Below the pieces are notes generated by a model, which was not told where the DNA came from, made no database searches, and saw only the letters and a program-made list of their open reading frames with translations. From Pseudomonadales bacterium (GTDB lineage Bacteria; Pseudomonadota; Gammaproteobacteria; Pseudomonadales; Azotimanducaceae), in NCBI GenBank assembly GCA_017854255.1, contig JAFMIA010000002.1, positions 10,639-74,638 of the forward strand: a DNA stretch of 64,000 nucleotides, read 5' to 3'. A program made the translations under genes and the position numbers. Below, piece after piece: positions 10,006 through 19,774 of the stretch. The number at the start of each line of letters is the position of its first letter. The stretch's first letter is position 1.

Positions 10006-10806
10006 ATGATTCTACCGCCTTACACGCTGCAAATCCCAGACGGCCGTCGCGCTTTTTCGCGCCTTTTAAAAACAACCTGGTTCAGCAGCTTGGTGCTGAT
10101 CTTGGTGGGGTGCAATAGCCTGACGACGCCTGCGAGTGATCCACCTGCAATCAGTTCGAGCATCGATCAAAGCGAAATCGAAACAGGTCAGCAAACTGAC
10201 GGGTATTACCCAGACCGCCATCAAGGCTTACTCGATCTCGCCGATCACGCCTTAAAACGCCAACACTTGACCCAACCTGAAGCCACGAGCGCTCTGACCT
10301 ACTTCAATTTAATCCTGATCACAGATCCAGACCACCAAGCCGCGAGGGCCGGCCTTAAGACCATCATCGATCAATACTTAGAATGGGCGCTTCGCGCCAT
10401 CGAGGCTGCCAACTACGCGGAAGCTAACCAGTTTTTAGAGCGCGCGGCACGGGTAGACCCCAAATCCCCAGACATTACCGCAATGGCTGATCGGCTGCGC
10501 CGGAAACGAGAAGAAGGTCGCCTCACCGAAATTGTGCCCGTTTGGCTCCTTGCCGCTCGCACCGAAACGTCACAAACAACCGCAGAAGACGCGCAAGTGA
10601 ACACCTACCTTCGGAACTTGGCGCAGAAGATCGAGACCCTTAACGCCAAAATCGCCATTTATAGTGCCAATGATGCTGAAGGCAGATGGCTTTATCAGCA
10701 GCTTAACGCCAACACAGTCAATCGATTGCGCGGCACCCTGAAAATCGACACGCCCAGCCGGATCGAAATGCATTTCAAAAGCAACCCCAGTACAATGCTC
10801 GACTAA
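10006..10806 (+). CDS. Hypothetical lipoprotein (TPR-like helical region)
   Basis: It has the lipobox 'LILVGC' and then a helical region. I recognise no family. Confidence 0.5.
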   Translation: MILPPYTLQIPDGRRAFSRLLKTTWFSSLVLILVGCNSLTTPASDPPAISSSIDQSEIETGQQTDGYYPDRHQGLLDLADHALKRQHLTQPEATSALTYFNLILITDPDHQAARAGLKTIIDQYLEWALRAIEAANYAEANQFLERAARVDPKSPDITAMADRLRRKREEGRLTEIVPVWLLAARTETSQTTAEDAQVNTYLRNLAQKIETLNAKIAIYSANDAEGRWLYQQLNANTVNRLRGTLKIDTPSRIEMHFKSNPSTMLD

Positions 10807-10834
10807 TGGCCACCACCAGGTTGAGTCGAACACG

Positions 10835-11875
10835 ATGAAAAACCCTTTTAAAAAGACGATTGATGAAGGCCTTGAACAGCTGGAAACCGGCACAGCCAAT
10901 ACTGGGCTCCTTGGTAGCCTAAAACTCGCTTTGGCGGGCATCGCAGTCGGTGTCTTAATGTCTGTTGGGCTCGGCTTTTACTGGAGCCAAGAGCCGGAAA
11001 TGCGCATCGAGGACTCCGGCAATATCAATCAAGCTGCACCGACCGGCACGGCAACCGTTCAGGCACTGCAACAGCTTGGCGGTATTCTGCTGCACAAACC
11101 TGGCGGTTATCTGTCAAACGATCTGTTTCCGCCCGGCGTCTTCTTAGACAACGTGCCCAATTGGGAGTTTGGTGTCTTAGTGCAAGTCCGGGACCTCGCC
11201 CGAGCCCTTCGCAATACGCTGAGCCGGAGCCAGTCCCAGTCCCGGGAGGATCCCGATCTGGTCATTGCAGAAAATCAGTTTTATTTCGATAACAATTCAT
11301 GGTTCTTGCCCGCGACAGAAGATGAGTATCAAAAAGGACTCGTGGCATTAAACCGCTACCTGCTACGACTGGGAGACCCGGGCGAGCAACAAGCCCAATT
11401 TTATGCGCGTGCGGACAACTTGAGCCTTTGGCTGGGTGAGGTCGAGACTCGCCTTGGCAGTCTCTCCCAACGCTTAAGCGCAAGCGTTGGCAAGCGTCAG
11501 CTCGATACGGCCTTAGCCGGCGACAGTGCCGCTCAGCAATCCACGACCACTGCCAGCGAACAAGAACTCAAAACGCCCTGGCTCGAACTCGATGACATCT
11601 TTTATGAGGCGCGCGGATCAACCTGGGCAATCCTTGTGATTCTCAGAGCGATCGAGCAAGACTTTGGTCTCGTGCTCGAGAAGAAGAATGCTCGGGTAAG
11701 TCTTCGACAAATCATTCGAGAACTCGAACCCACCCAAGACCCCTTGTGGAGTCCGATGATTCTCAACGGCAGCGGCCTTGGCGTACTGGCCAATCACTCC
11801 TTAGTGATGGCCTCTCATATCTCCCGGGCGAACGCGGCGATGAACGACTTGAGACAATTGCTAGAACAAGGCTAG
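10835..11875 (+). CDS. DUF2333-family membrane-anchored protein
   Basis: It has a single N-terminal TM helix ('LALAGIAVGVLMSVGLGFYWSQEP'). Its size of about 350 aa and general pattern fit my memory of DUF2333. The family assignment is not verified. Confidence 0.5.
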   Translation: MKNPFKKTIDEGLEQLETGTANTGLLGSLKLALAGIAVGVLMSVGLGFYWSQEPEMRIEDSGNINQAAPTGTATVQALQQLGGILLHKPGGYLSNDLFPPGVFLDNVPNWEFGVLVQVRDLARALRNTLSRSQSQSREDPDLVIAENQFYFDNNSWFLPATEDEYQKGLVALNRYLLRLGDPGEQQAQFYARADNLSLWLGEVETRLGSLSQRLSASVGKRQLDTALAGDSAAQQSTTTASEQELKTPWLELDDIFYEARGSTWAILVILRAIEQDFGLVLEKKNARVSLRQIIRELEPTQDPLWSPMILNGSGLGVLANHSLVMASHISRANAAMNDLRQLLEQG

Positions 11876-12068
11876 TGTCTAATCAACGCAGCACCTCAGA
11901 CCCTATTTAAACCTCACATTCTTTGCGATGCGCTATCGCCGCTAATCGGCGCCCAGATTGCACCATCTTTGGATCAGACAGCGGTTCCCTCACGGGCCAC
12001 AATTTTGTACCATAAGCGCGCCTGGCTTTTGGGGACAGGCAACCCATCACAACCTGTTGAGATCGCTT

Positions 12069-14099
12069 ATGACTTTTGACCATCAATTGCCGCCATTATT
12101 TGGCGTTCTAGGCCTCGTTGTCGCCTTTATCATCTACGTCATTATGACCAGACAAGATGAAGGCGGAGAAAAAATTAAAAAGATTGCCGATGCCATTCAC
12201 AAAGGTGCCATGGTCTTTATGCATACAGAGTATCGGCTCTTGTTTTTGTTCGCGGCGCCCGTTGGCTTGGCCTTATGGTTTTTCCTGGGCGGCAATACCG
12301 CATTATCCTTTGCAGCAGGCGCGGCTTCCTCAGCCCTTGCAGGCTACCTCGGTATGTTTTCGGCAACCAAAGCAAACGTACGAACCACGGCAGCCGCCCA
12401 GTCCCAAGGCCAGGCCGGGGCTTTGACCGTCGCCTTTTATGGCGGCTCGATTATGGGCTTATGTGTTGCGTCTCTCGGTTTATTAGGTCTTGGCTCGCTT
12501 TACTGGCTGTTTGGCGGCGATCCAGAAACCGCCCACGCCATCCACGGTTTCGGCATGGGCGGCTCAGTTGTCGCCTTATTCAGCCGAGTGGGCGGCGGTA
12601 TCTTCACCAAGAGCGCAGACGTTGGTGCGGATTTAGTCGGTAAGCTTGAAGCCGGTATCCCAGAAGACGACCCCAGAAACCCGGGCGTTATCGCGGATAA
12701 TGTCGGCGACAACGTCGGCGATGTTGCCGGTATGGGCTCGGATATTTTTGAGTCCTATTGCGGCTCGATGATTGCAACCATTGCCATCGCATCAACCTTG
12801 GTTATGAGCAGCCCTGAAGCGCAAATTCTGACCCAAGGGCTTTCAATGAGCGATGCCCAAGCGGCGTTAATGTCTTTCCCCTTAGCACTGAGTTCATTCG
12901 GATTGATTTGTTCGATTATCGGCATTTTGATCGTTCGCGCTCGATCAAACTCCGCCCCTGAAAAGGCGCTCCGCATGGGGCACCAAGCTTCTGCGGTCAT
13001 CCTGATTGCCGGCACTTACTTCCTAGCTGAAGCACTCGGGATCAGCACGAATGTTTGGTATGCCATGATTGCTGGCACGATCGGCGGCATGATCATTGGC
13101 CTTGTGACCGAATACTACACCGCGCAAGGACCTGTTGTTCGGATCGCAGAATCCGGTAAAACCGGTACTGCAACCGTCATGATTACAGGATTAGCCGTTG
13201 GCATGGAGTCCGTCGTGATTCCTATCCTGTCCATTGCGGCCATCATTTACGTTTCAACCGAAGTCGCTGGCCTGTACGGCGTGGGGATTGCCGCTGTTGG
13301 GATGCTCGCAACCGTCGGCATGACCATGGCGCTTGACGCCTATGGCCCAGTTGCGGACAACGCAGGCGGCATTGCTGAGATGGGTGGCCTGGGCGACGAA
13401 GTCCGAGAAATCACCGACGGCTTAGACGAAGTGGGTAATACCACAGCGGCCATTGGGAAAGGCTTTGCGATCGGCGCGGCAGCGCTTGCAGCCCTTGCCA
13501 TTATTGCGGCTTTTGTTGAAACCATGAAAGTCCATCAACCCGAGTTTGCACTGCTCTTGTCGAATCCAAAAGTATTGGTCGGTATTTTCATCGGTGGCAC
13601 GCTGCCCTTTTTGATCGCCTCCATTACGATGACGGCGGTCGGAGATGCTGCCATGGAGATGATCGAAGAAATTCGTCGCCAGTTCCGAGAAATCAAAGGT
13701 TTGATGGAAGGCGAAGCCGAAGCCGATCACGAAAAGTGTATTCAAATTGCAACCAATGCGGCGCTTAAGAAAATGATTCTGCCCGGCATCATTGCCGTTG
13801 CTGCACCACCGGTCGTTGGTTTCGTTTTAGGTGCTGAGTCGCTTGGCGGCATGCTGGCGGGGGCATTACTTGGGTGCGTCTTGATGGCGCTCATGATGGC
13901 CAATGCTGGCGGGGCTTGGGACAATGCCAAAAAGTATATCGAGAAAGGCAACCTCGGTGGCAAGGGCTCCGACGTCCATGCGGCAGCGGTTGTTGGCGAC
14001 ACAGTAGGCGATCCCTTCAAGGATACCTCTGGGCCTGCCATGAATATCTTGATCAACGTCATGGCCATTGTTAGCTTGGTGATTGCGCCCTTGTTATAA
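12069..14099 (+). CDS. hppA: Membrane-bound proton/cation-translocating pyrophosphatase, K+-dependent subtype
   Basis: A polytopic protein with '[21 protein letters not shown]', '[14 protein letters not shown]' and '[16 protein letters not shown]'. The start was moved to ATG 12069 ('[16 protein letters not shown]'). The ORF-track start at 11958 adds a non-homologous leader. Confidence 0.95.
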   Translation: MTFDHQLPPLFGVLGLVVAFIIYVIMTRQDEGGEKIKKIADAIHKGAMVFMHTEYRLLFLFAAPVGLALWFFLGGNTALSFAAGAASSALAGYLGMFSATKANVRTTAAAQSQGQAGALTVAFYGGSIMGLCVASLGLLGLGSLYWLFGGDPETAHAIHGFGMGGSVVALFSRVGGGIFTKSADVGADLVGKLEAGIPEDDPRNPGVIADNVGDNVGDVAGMGSDIFESYCGSMIATIAIASTLVMSSPEAQILTQGLSMSDAQAALMSFPLALSSFGLICSIIGILIVRARSNSAPEKALRMGHQASAVILIAGTYFLAEALGISTNVWYAMIAGTIGGMIIGLVTEYYTAQGPVVRIAESGKTGTATVMITGLAVGMESVVIPILSIAAIIYVSTEVAGLYGVGIAAVGMLATVGMTMALDAYGPVADNAGGIAEMGGLGDEVREITDGLDEVGNTTAAIGKGFAIGAAALAALAIIAAFVETMKVHQPEFALLLSNPKVLVGIFIGGTLPFLIASITMTAVGDAAMEMIEEIRRQFREIKGLMEGEAEADHEKCIQIATNAALKKMILPGIIAVAAPPVVGFVLGAESLGGMLAGALLGCVLMALMMANAGGAWDNAKKYIEKGNLGGKGSDVHAAAVVGDTVGDPFKDTSGPAMNILINVMAIVSLVIAPLL

Positions 14100-14115
14100 G
14101 GGTAAAACTGGGTAA

Positions 14116-14143
14116 AAAAGCGGGCCTTGGCCCGCTTTTTTTT
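14116..14143 (+). terminator. Rho-independent terminator after hppA
   Basis: The perfect palindrome GCGGGCCTTGGCCCGC (14120-14135) is followed by T8. Confidence 0.85.
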
Positions 14144-14194
14144 GTCTGAATTTTAGGATCCATTTTTAAAAGAGACCGATAAAGGATGTGCACA

Positions 14195-14776
14195 ATGGAC
14201 GACCGCTACACGCCATTAGATTTTGAGCAACTCACGCCGGAACAGCAGCAGCTTCACCATCAAATCAAAACCTCTCGAGGGCTTGACCCCGCGCAAAGTC
14301 TCGGCGGACCCTTTGACCCTTGGATTGAATCTCCCGTATTAGGCGGAATCCTATCCAACCTCGGCTACTTCCATCGATTTCAGAGCAGCCTCAATCGGCG
14401 TCAAATCGAACTGGCGATCTTGGTCACAGCCGCGCATTGGCAAGCAGCGTTTGAATGGTGGGCACATGAACCCATGGCGCGAGACGCGGGCTTAACCGAG
14501 TCAATCATTCAGGCAATCAAACACCGCCAGCCCCTGCGCCTGAGTGACCCACTCGATCAAATGACCTGGGAGATTGCCAGTGCCCTTCAGCACAATCAGC
14601 GACTAACCAAGGCGCTCTACCAACGAGCAGTGGCGGGTTTTGGTCGCCCTGGCGTAATCGAGCTGATCAGTTTATGCGGCTACTACACAACCGTTGCGAT
14701 GACCCTTAACGCCTTGGAAATTCCATTGCCGCTGGGCGAAGCCCAGCCCTTTGGCACCAACGCTAGGACATCTTAA
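14195..14776 (+). CDS. Carboxymuconolactone decarboxylase (AhpD-like) family protein
   Basis: The segment 'RRQIELAILVTAAHWQAAFEWWAHEPMARDAGL' is typical of the CMD family. ATG 14195 has better SD spacing (AAAGGA plus 8 nt) than 14186. Confidence 0.7.
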   Translation: MDDRYTPLDFEQLTPEQQQLHHQIKTSRGLDPAQSLGGPFDPWIESPVLGGILSNLGYFHRFQSSLNRRQIELAILVTAAHWQAAFEWWAHEPMARDAGLTESIIQAIKHRQPLRLSDPLDQMTWEIASALQHNQRLTKALYQRAVAGFGRPGVIELISLCGYYTTVAMTLNALEIPLPLGEAQPFGTNARTS

Positions 14777-16022
14777 ACTTTGGTAATTTTTTCGGGACCA
14801 ATTGATTCTTAAGCCGGACGTACTGGGGCAGACCATCCTTATAAGGCGGGTAGTCTTCGCCTTGGATCAGCGGCCTCAAATAGTTGAGCCCGGCGGCCGT
14901 AATACCGTAACCATCTCGCGTAATAAAGGACTTCGGCATCTTACGTTCAACATTGGCAACCCTCGACAGCGCAACCTTCCCAACGCGCCAGCGATAACGG
15001 ATGCCAGCTTGACGCTCAATGGTCACCATCACCCCGCTCTGGCCCGCAACCGCAAGATTCACCGCCGCGGCGCCCACGGCGTAGGCTTGGGCCACATCAA
15101 CGGCGGAAGCAATATGACGCGCCGCGCGCTGCAGATAATCTGAAACCGCCCAGTGGCACTTATATCCGAGTTTCGCCTTAATCATGTCCACCAAAGTGGG
15201 CGCAACGCCCCCTAACTGGGCGTGCCCAAAAGCATCGACCCCGCCGGACGCTGCTAAAAATCGCCCGTCTTCAAATTGCGCGCCTTCGGATGCGACAATC
15301 ACGCAATACCCCTTCTTGGCAACGGTTTGTGCCACTTTTTGGAGAAAACGCGCGGGGTCAAATGCGACCTCCGGCAGAATGATGATGTGAGGCGGGTCGC
15401 CTTTAGATTTTGCCGCAAGCGCGGCGGCGGCGGCGATCCAGCCTGCATGTCGACCCATCACTTCTAACACAAACACTTTGGTTGAAGAGGCCGCCATTGA
15501 CGCCACATCCAAACCCGCTTCTTCGGTTGCAACCGCCACATACTTCGCCACCGAACCAAATCCGGGACAGGTGTCGGTGAAGGGTAAGTCATTATCAACG
15601 GTTTTGGGGATACCGATGCATTGCACGGGATAGCCGACGTCTTGACTAAACTGCGCCACTTTGTTCGCCGTATCCTGCGAATCCCCGCCGCCATTGTAAA
15701 AAAAATATCCAATATCGTGCGCTTTAAAGACCGCTATAAGACGCTCGTACTCCAATCGGTTGGCGTCAACCGATTTCAGCTTATATCGGCAGGAACCAAA
15801 GGCGCCGCTTGGGGTATGACGAAGCATCGCGATGTCGCGCTTGGACTCCAAGGCGGTATCAATCAATTCTTCATTCAACGCACCCAGAATACCGTTTCGA
15901 CCGACCAGCACCCGACCCACCGCTCGAGTTTGCCGCGCCGCTTCGATTACCCCACAGGCAGACGCATTGATAACCGAGGTAACCCCACCTGACTGCGCAT
16001 AAAAGATGTTCGCCTTGGACAC
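14763..16022 (-). CDS. pfp: 6-phosphofructokinase of the about 420-aa PPi-dependent (Pfp) type
   Basis: It has 'FYAQSGGVTSVINASACGVIEAAR', 'IGIPKTVDNDL' and 'EVMGRHAGWIAAAAA'. Its size and N-terminus resemble the methanotroph-type PPi-PFKs. PPi specificity is inferred, not shown. Confidence 0.75.
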   Translation of the reverse strand: MSKANIFYAQSGGVTSVINASACGVIEAARQTRAVGRVLVGRNGILGALNEELIDTALESKRDIAMLRHTPSGAFGSCRYKLKSVDANRLEYERLIAVFKAHDIGYFFYNGGGDSQDTANKVAQFSQDVGYPVQCIGIPKTVDNDLPFTDTCPGFGSVAKYVAVATEEAGLDVASMAASSTKVFVLEVMGRHAGWIAAAAALAAKSKGDPPHIIILPEVAFDPARFLQKVAQTVAKKGYCVIVASEGAQFEDGRFLAASGGVDAFGHAQLGGVAPTLVDMIKAKLGYKCHWAVSDYLQRAARHIASAVDVAQAYAVGAAAVNLAVAGQSGVMVTIERQAGIRYRWRVGKVALSRVANVERKMPKSFITRDGYGITAAGLNYLRPLIQGEDYPPYKDGLPQYVRLKNQLVPKKLPKFKMS

Positions 16023-16100
16023 ATTGCTCTCCTACACCAAGATTTTTTTAATTATACCGAAAAGACGGGCGGTTAAATTTTAGTTTTTTAACGCTTAGCC

Positions 16101-16129
16101 CTTGAATTCAACCGGCTGAATCTTATCTA
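16101..16129 (+). promoter_or_regulatory. Candidate sigma-32 (heat-shock) promoter for the Hsp20 gene
   Basis: CTTGAA (16101-16106), a 15-nt spacer, then CTTATCTA, compared with the consensus CTTGAAA-N13-17-CCCCATNT. It lies about 45 nt upstream of the ATG. Confidence 0.35.
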
Positions 16130-16171
16130 ACCCTCAGCAGCATTTTTAGACAACCACTAGGAGCAAAAACC

Positions 16172-16627
16172 ATGACCTATCAACTTCGAACGCTGAGCAC
16201 CCGCCAGATGAACCCAAACTTTGCCCAATGGCTCAACTTTGGCGGGCATCCAGCACGCACCAACCCAGGACAAAAAAGCGATGGCAACCCATCGAGTAAC
16301 AAGCGCGCGCCAAGCTATGATCTGCGTCAAACCCCAACCCAGATTGAAATCAAATTGGCCATGCCCGGTGTTTCGCCAGAGACATTAGACGTGAGCATTG
16401 AACGGCGAAGACTCACGATATCCGGTCAATCCAAGCAGGATGTCCCAGATCCGGCAAGCCAACTGCTTCATGAAGGTCTCGGCGAAGGGCACTTCGAGCA
16501 GGTCTTCGATCTAACAGAAGATGCCGATCCTGAGGCGATCCGGGCCTCGATCAAATTTGGCTTGGTGACCATTTTGATTCCGAGGAAAACCGATCAACTA
16601 CCCCGCCGCATTACGGTGGAACATTAA
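16172..16627 (+). CDS. Hsp20/alpha-crystallin family small heat-shock protein
   Basis: It has an alpha-crystallin domain: 'YDLRQTPTQIEIKLAMPGVSPETLDVSIERRRLTISG...FEQVFDL...GLVTILIP'. Confidence 0.85.
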   Translation: MTYQLRTLSTRQMNPNFAQWLNFGGHPARTNPGQKSDGNPSSNKRAPSYDLRQTPTQIEIKLAMPGVSPETLDVSIERRRLTISGQSKQDVPDPASQLLHEGLGEGHFEQVFDLTEDADPEAIRASIKFGLVTILIPRKTDQLPRRITVEH

Positions 16628-16789
16628 CACGGGCGGTGCAACCCAACGCGCTTTTAAAACGGCTTTACACATATGGCGGCCTTTCGATGATGCAACGTCG
16701 TTATAACGAGCTGTTTCAAGGCGCTTTGGGCGGCCAACTAGGGACCGGGCGGCCGCTGGGACTCGAATGAGCCCGCGGCGTGGCCCAAA

Positions 16790-18547
16790 CTAATGTGCCT
16801 TCTTAACAATCGGTATCCGTCGACCCATACCGAAGGCGACCTTGGAGACCTTGGGGCCTGGGCAGGTTTGACGACGCTTATACTCCATGCCGGCGATCAA
16901 TTTTATTAACGACTGATAACGCACTGATGACCCACGCGCCTGCAGCCAACCCCGCAATCGAGTCAAATCCATAGAGATCTGGCGATCATCAACCGCCGCG
17001 TGTTCAACCCAGGTCTTAAAAGCATCGAATTCATTAACATAGTCTTCGATATACGCCTGAACCAACGGATCCAATATCGCGTAAGGCAGCAAGCTCGCCT
17101 CATCGGTTTGATCCGGTGCAAGTTCTGCGCTGGGGGGCTTCACGATAATCTCAGCCGGAATCCGCCCGCCTGCTGTCGCCAACGCAAATACCTGCCACTT
17201 ATAAAGATCCTTAAGCGGCGCGAAACTGAAATTCATATCGAAATGCGTGTAATAACCGCAGGCCGATTCGGTTTTATTGCCCGTTGACAGCGGCATTGCA
17301 CCAAACGCGTTGGAAAAATGCATCACATACACGTCGCGCAGTCTGGCCTGGATATTCTGATCCGCAACGGTGCTGTAACGATCCGCCGCCAATACTTGGG
17401 TCACCAAGTTCTCTGGATCCGTTTGGGTACTAAACTGCTGATTGAGACTGGCAACCAACTCAAGGTGTGCGATCGGCACCTCGTAATCCCAGCACCCCAA
17501 TGCGGCATGCAAAGCGATCGCATCCCGACCTGCCCCAGAGGAGCTCCAAACCGACGGCATCCGCACGGCATGAACCTGCTTTGGCCCTACCGCATCGCAC
17601 GCAATTTGCGCAACCAGAGCGCTATCAATGCCGCCACTGCTGGCCAAAACCAACTGCTCAAAACCGGACTTGTGCACATAATCCCGAACACTTAACACCA
17701 GCAAATCATACAGATCGACTTGTGCTCGCTGTCCCTTGACTGCCGGCTGAGGCGGTGACGGCTTAGCCGCGCTCGACAACGCGGCGCAATCAACGACCGC
17801 AAACTCATCAACCTTGACTTCCTGAGACTGATAGAGAATCGATTGGCGCTGAACGACAAAGCTTTGTCCGTCGAAAACCAACTCATCTTGCCCGCCCCAT
17901 TGGTTAACATAAACAAGGGTCATATCGCCTAGGTTTTCAGCAATGGCCGCGTGTCTTTGGGCAAGCTTATCGTGTACAAAAGGTGAACTGTTCAACGACA
18001 ACAGGACCTCAACGCCCGCTGCCCGATACTGTGCTAGCGGGTTATTCCGCACCGGATAACCCGCTTCGCCCTTGTCATTCCAGAGATCTTCGCAGATCGC
18101 AATGCCGACGGTCTGGCCTTTTAAGGGGAATATTGTTAGCGCCGTACCTGCTTCAAAGTAGCGTTGTTCATCGAAAACATCATAAAACGGTAACAAGTTC
18201 TTACGGTGGTTAAAGGTTTGGCGCCCAGCCTGAATGACCGCCGCCGCATTGTAGAAGGGCTTGCCTGGACCCTCATTGCGTTCGATATAACCCACCACGA
18301 TGCACAGATCTTCAAACCCTGATAGCCCAGACAGTCGCATCACATCCGCCAGGATCCGCTGATTCTCCTGGAGATACCGCGCGTGATACATCAAATCCTG
18401 ACTCAGATAACCTGGAATCGCGAGTTCAGGAAAGACAACGACATCGCACCCCCCTGATTGAGCCGCCCGAATCCCTGCCTCGATCCGATCGAAGTTGCCG
18501 GCAAAATCGCCCGGCGTCGTGTTAATTTGGGCAAGGCAAACGCGCAT
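16790..18547 (-). CDS. nadE: Glutamine-dependent NAD+ synthetase (nitrilase domain plus synthetase domain)
   Basis: It has the N-terminal CN-hydrolase 'MRVCLAQINTTPGDF...VVFPELAIPGY...IAICEDLW' and the C-terminal 'LASSGGIDSALVA' PP-loop. The start was moved to the internal Met at 18547. The ORF-track start at 18742 runs into ctaA. Confidence 0.92.
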   Translation of the reverse strand: MRVCLAQINTTPGDFAGNFDRIEAGIRAAQSGGCDVVVFPELAIPGYLSQDLMYHARYLQENQRILADVMRLSGLSGFEDLCIVVGYIERNEGPGKPFYNAAAVIQAGRQTFNHRKNLLPFYDVFDEQRYFEAGTALTIFPLKGQTVGIAICEDLWNDKGEAGYPVRNNPLAQYRAAGVEVLLSLNSSPFVHDKLAQRHAAIAENLGDMTLVYVNQWGGQDELVFDGQSFVVQRQSILYQSQEVKVDEFAVVDCAALSSAAKPSPPQPAVKGQRAQVDLYDLLVLSVRDYVHKSGFEQLVLASSGGIDSALVAQIACDAVGPKQVHAVRMPSVWSSSGAGRDAIALHAALGCWDYEVPIAHLELVASLNQQFSTQTDPENLVTQVLAADRYSTVADQNIQARLRDVYVMHFSNAFGAMPLSTGNKTESACGYYTHFDMNFSFAPLKDLYKWQVFALATAGGRIPAEIIVKPPSAELAPDQTDEASLLPYAILDPLVQAYIEDYVNEFDAFKTWVEHAAVDDRQISMDLTRLRGWLQARGSSVRYQSLIKLIAGMEYKRRQTCPGPKVSKVAFGMGRRIPIVKKAH

Positions 18548-18582
18548 CAGATTTTCAGCTCCATGCTCTGAGCGCCGCGGCT

Positions 18583-19611
18583 TTAAGTTGCTGCGCGGGG
18601 GCGCACGAGAAAGTTCAGATAGGTCAATCCTAACACCACAAAACAGGCAAAAACCTGATGCGTTAAGGCCCAAGATAATGGCACAACGGTAATCAAGGTT
18701 ATGATGCCCAGTAAAAATTGAACAAAGACGAGCCCCACGCACAGGCCCGCAGCCCGGCGCACGCGCACCCCTGCATCTTGGCTCAGAGCCGCACCCAGCG
18801 TCACCGCTGCCGCCACCAACACTGCCAGGCCCAACCAGCGGTGTATGAATTGGATCATCGCGCCGTTTTCAAACCAGTTCAGCCAAAAAGGTGCAAGCGT
18901 CAGCGCCGCCTCTGCAATCCATGCTTCCCCCATCTTAGGATAGGTGTTGAACCCTAAGCCGGCTTTGAGCCCGGCGGTGAATCCGCCATAAATCAATTGC
19001 GCGACCAAGAGCAGCGTGAAAATCTGCACAATCCGTCGAAATCCACTGGGCACTGCGGTGCTCTGCTGGGTCGACATTGACAGCACCAAATCGAAAACAT
19101 ACGCCAGAATAAACAGGGCCAAACACAAGTGCGCCGCCAGCCGGAAGTGGCTAACGCTTGGCCGATCGACCAGACCGCTCTTTACCATGAACCAGCCGAG
19201 CAGCCCTTGGGAGCCTCCCAGAGCCAGCGCAATCAAAAATCTCGATCTACGCGGCCGTTCAATCCGCCCGGCAAACCAAAAATATAAAAACGGCACCACG
19301 AAGATGAGACCGATGGCGCGTCCTAGAACGCGATGACCATATTCCCAATAAAAAATGGCCTTGAACGCCTCAAGGCTCATGCCTTTATTTAATTTTTGAT
19401 ATTCCGGAAATTGCTTGTATTGCGCGAATTCCGCCTCCCAAGCCTGCGCGTTCAGTGGTGGCAGAATACCGGCAATCGGCTTCCAATCGACCATCGACAA
19501 ACCGCTGTGCGTCAGGCGGGTCGCGCCGCCGACGCCAACCATTAAGATGATGCTGACGCATACCAGCAACAACCAAATTTGAACACTATTAAGTCCTTTG
19601 AGCACCGACAT
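18583..19611 (-). CDS. ctaA: Heme A synthase (COX15/CtaA)
   Basis: It has 'GGATRLTHSGLSMVDWKP', 'FYWEYGHRVLGR' and multiple TM helices containing His. Confidence 0.88.
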   Translation of the reverse strand: MSVLKGLNSVQIWLLLVCVSIILMVGVGGATRLTHSGLSMVDWKPIAGILPPLNAQAWEAEFAQYKQFPEYQKLNKGMSLEAFKAIFYWEYGHRVLGRAIGLIFVVPFLYFWFAGRIERPRRSRFLIALALGGSQGLLGWFMVKSGLVDRPSVSHFRLAAHLCLALFILAYVFDLVLSMSTQQSTAVPSGFRRIVQIFTLLLVAQLIYGGFTAGLKAGLGFNTYPKMGEAWIAEAALTLAPFWLNWFENGAMIQFIHRWLGLAVLVAAAVTLGAALSQDAGVRVRRAAGLCVGLVFVQFLLGIITLITVVPLSWALTHQVFACFVVLGLTYLNFLVRPRAAT

Positions 19612-19774
19612 CCTGTTCTCCTAGCGCTTCATTACCTTACTGCCCCTCGACCCCCACACCCTTCTAGGGCATGGCGCCGCTTGTTTGCCGCCAGCGCGGC
19701 ATCTCAGGCAGTCATACGTCAAACGGGCACGAAACGGGCCTTTGAGTTCATTAAAGCGAGCCAACGAATATAAG

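Noticed and set aside
11958-12068. N-terminal extensions in the ORF track for hppA (11958), nadE (18742), tolC (59485), fis (5943), FMO (35607), the ACAD at 19794, and others.
   Set aside because: The extensions have no counterpart in the known protein families. They run into neighbouring genes, and better-placed internal Met or SD sites reproduce the canonical N-termini.
16690-16776. A 28-codon ORF ('MMQRRYNELFQGALGGQLGTGRPLGLE') in the hsp20-nadE convergent spacer.
   Set aside because: It has no Shine-Dalgarno and no recognisable family. It is too short to distinguish from chance in a GC-rich spacer.
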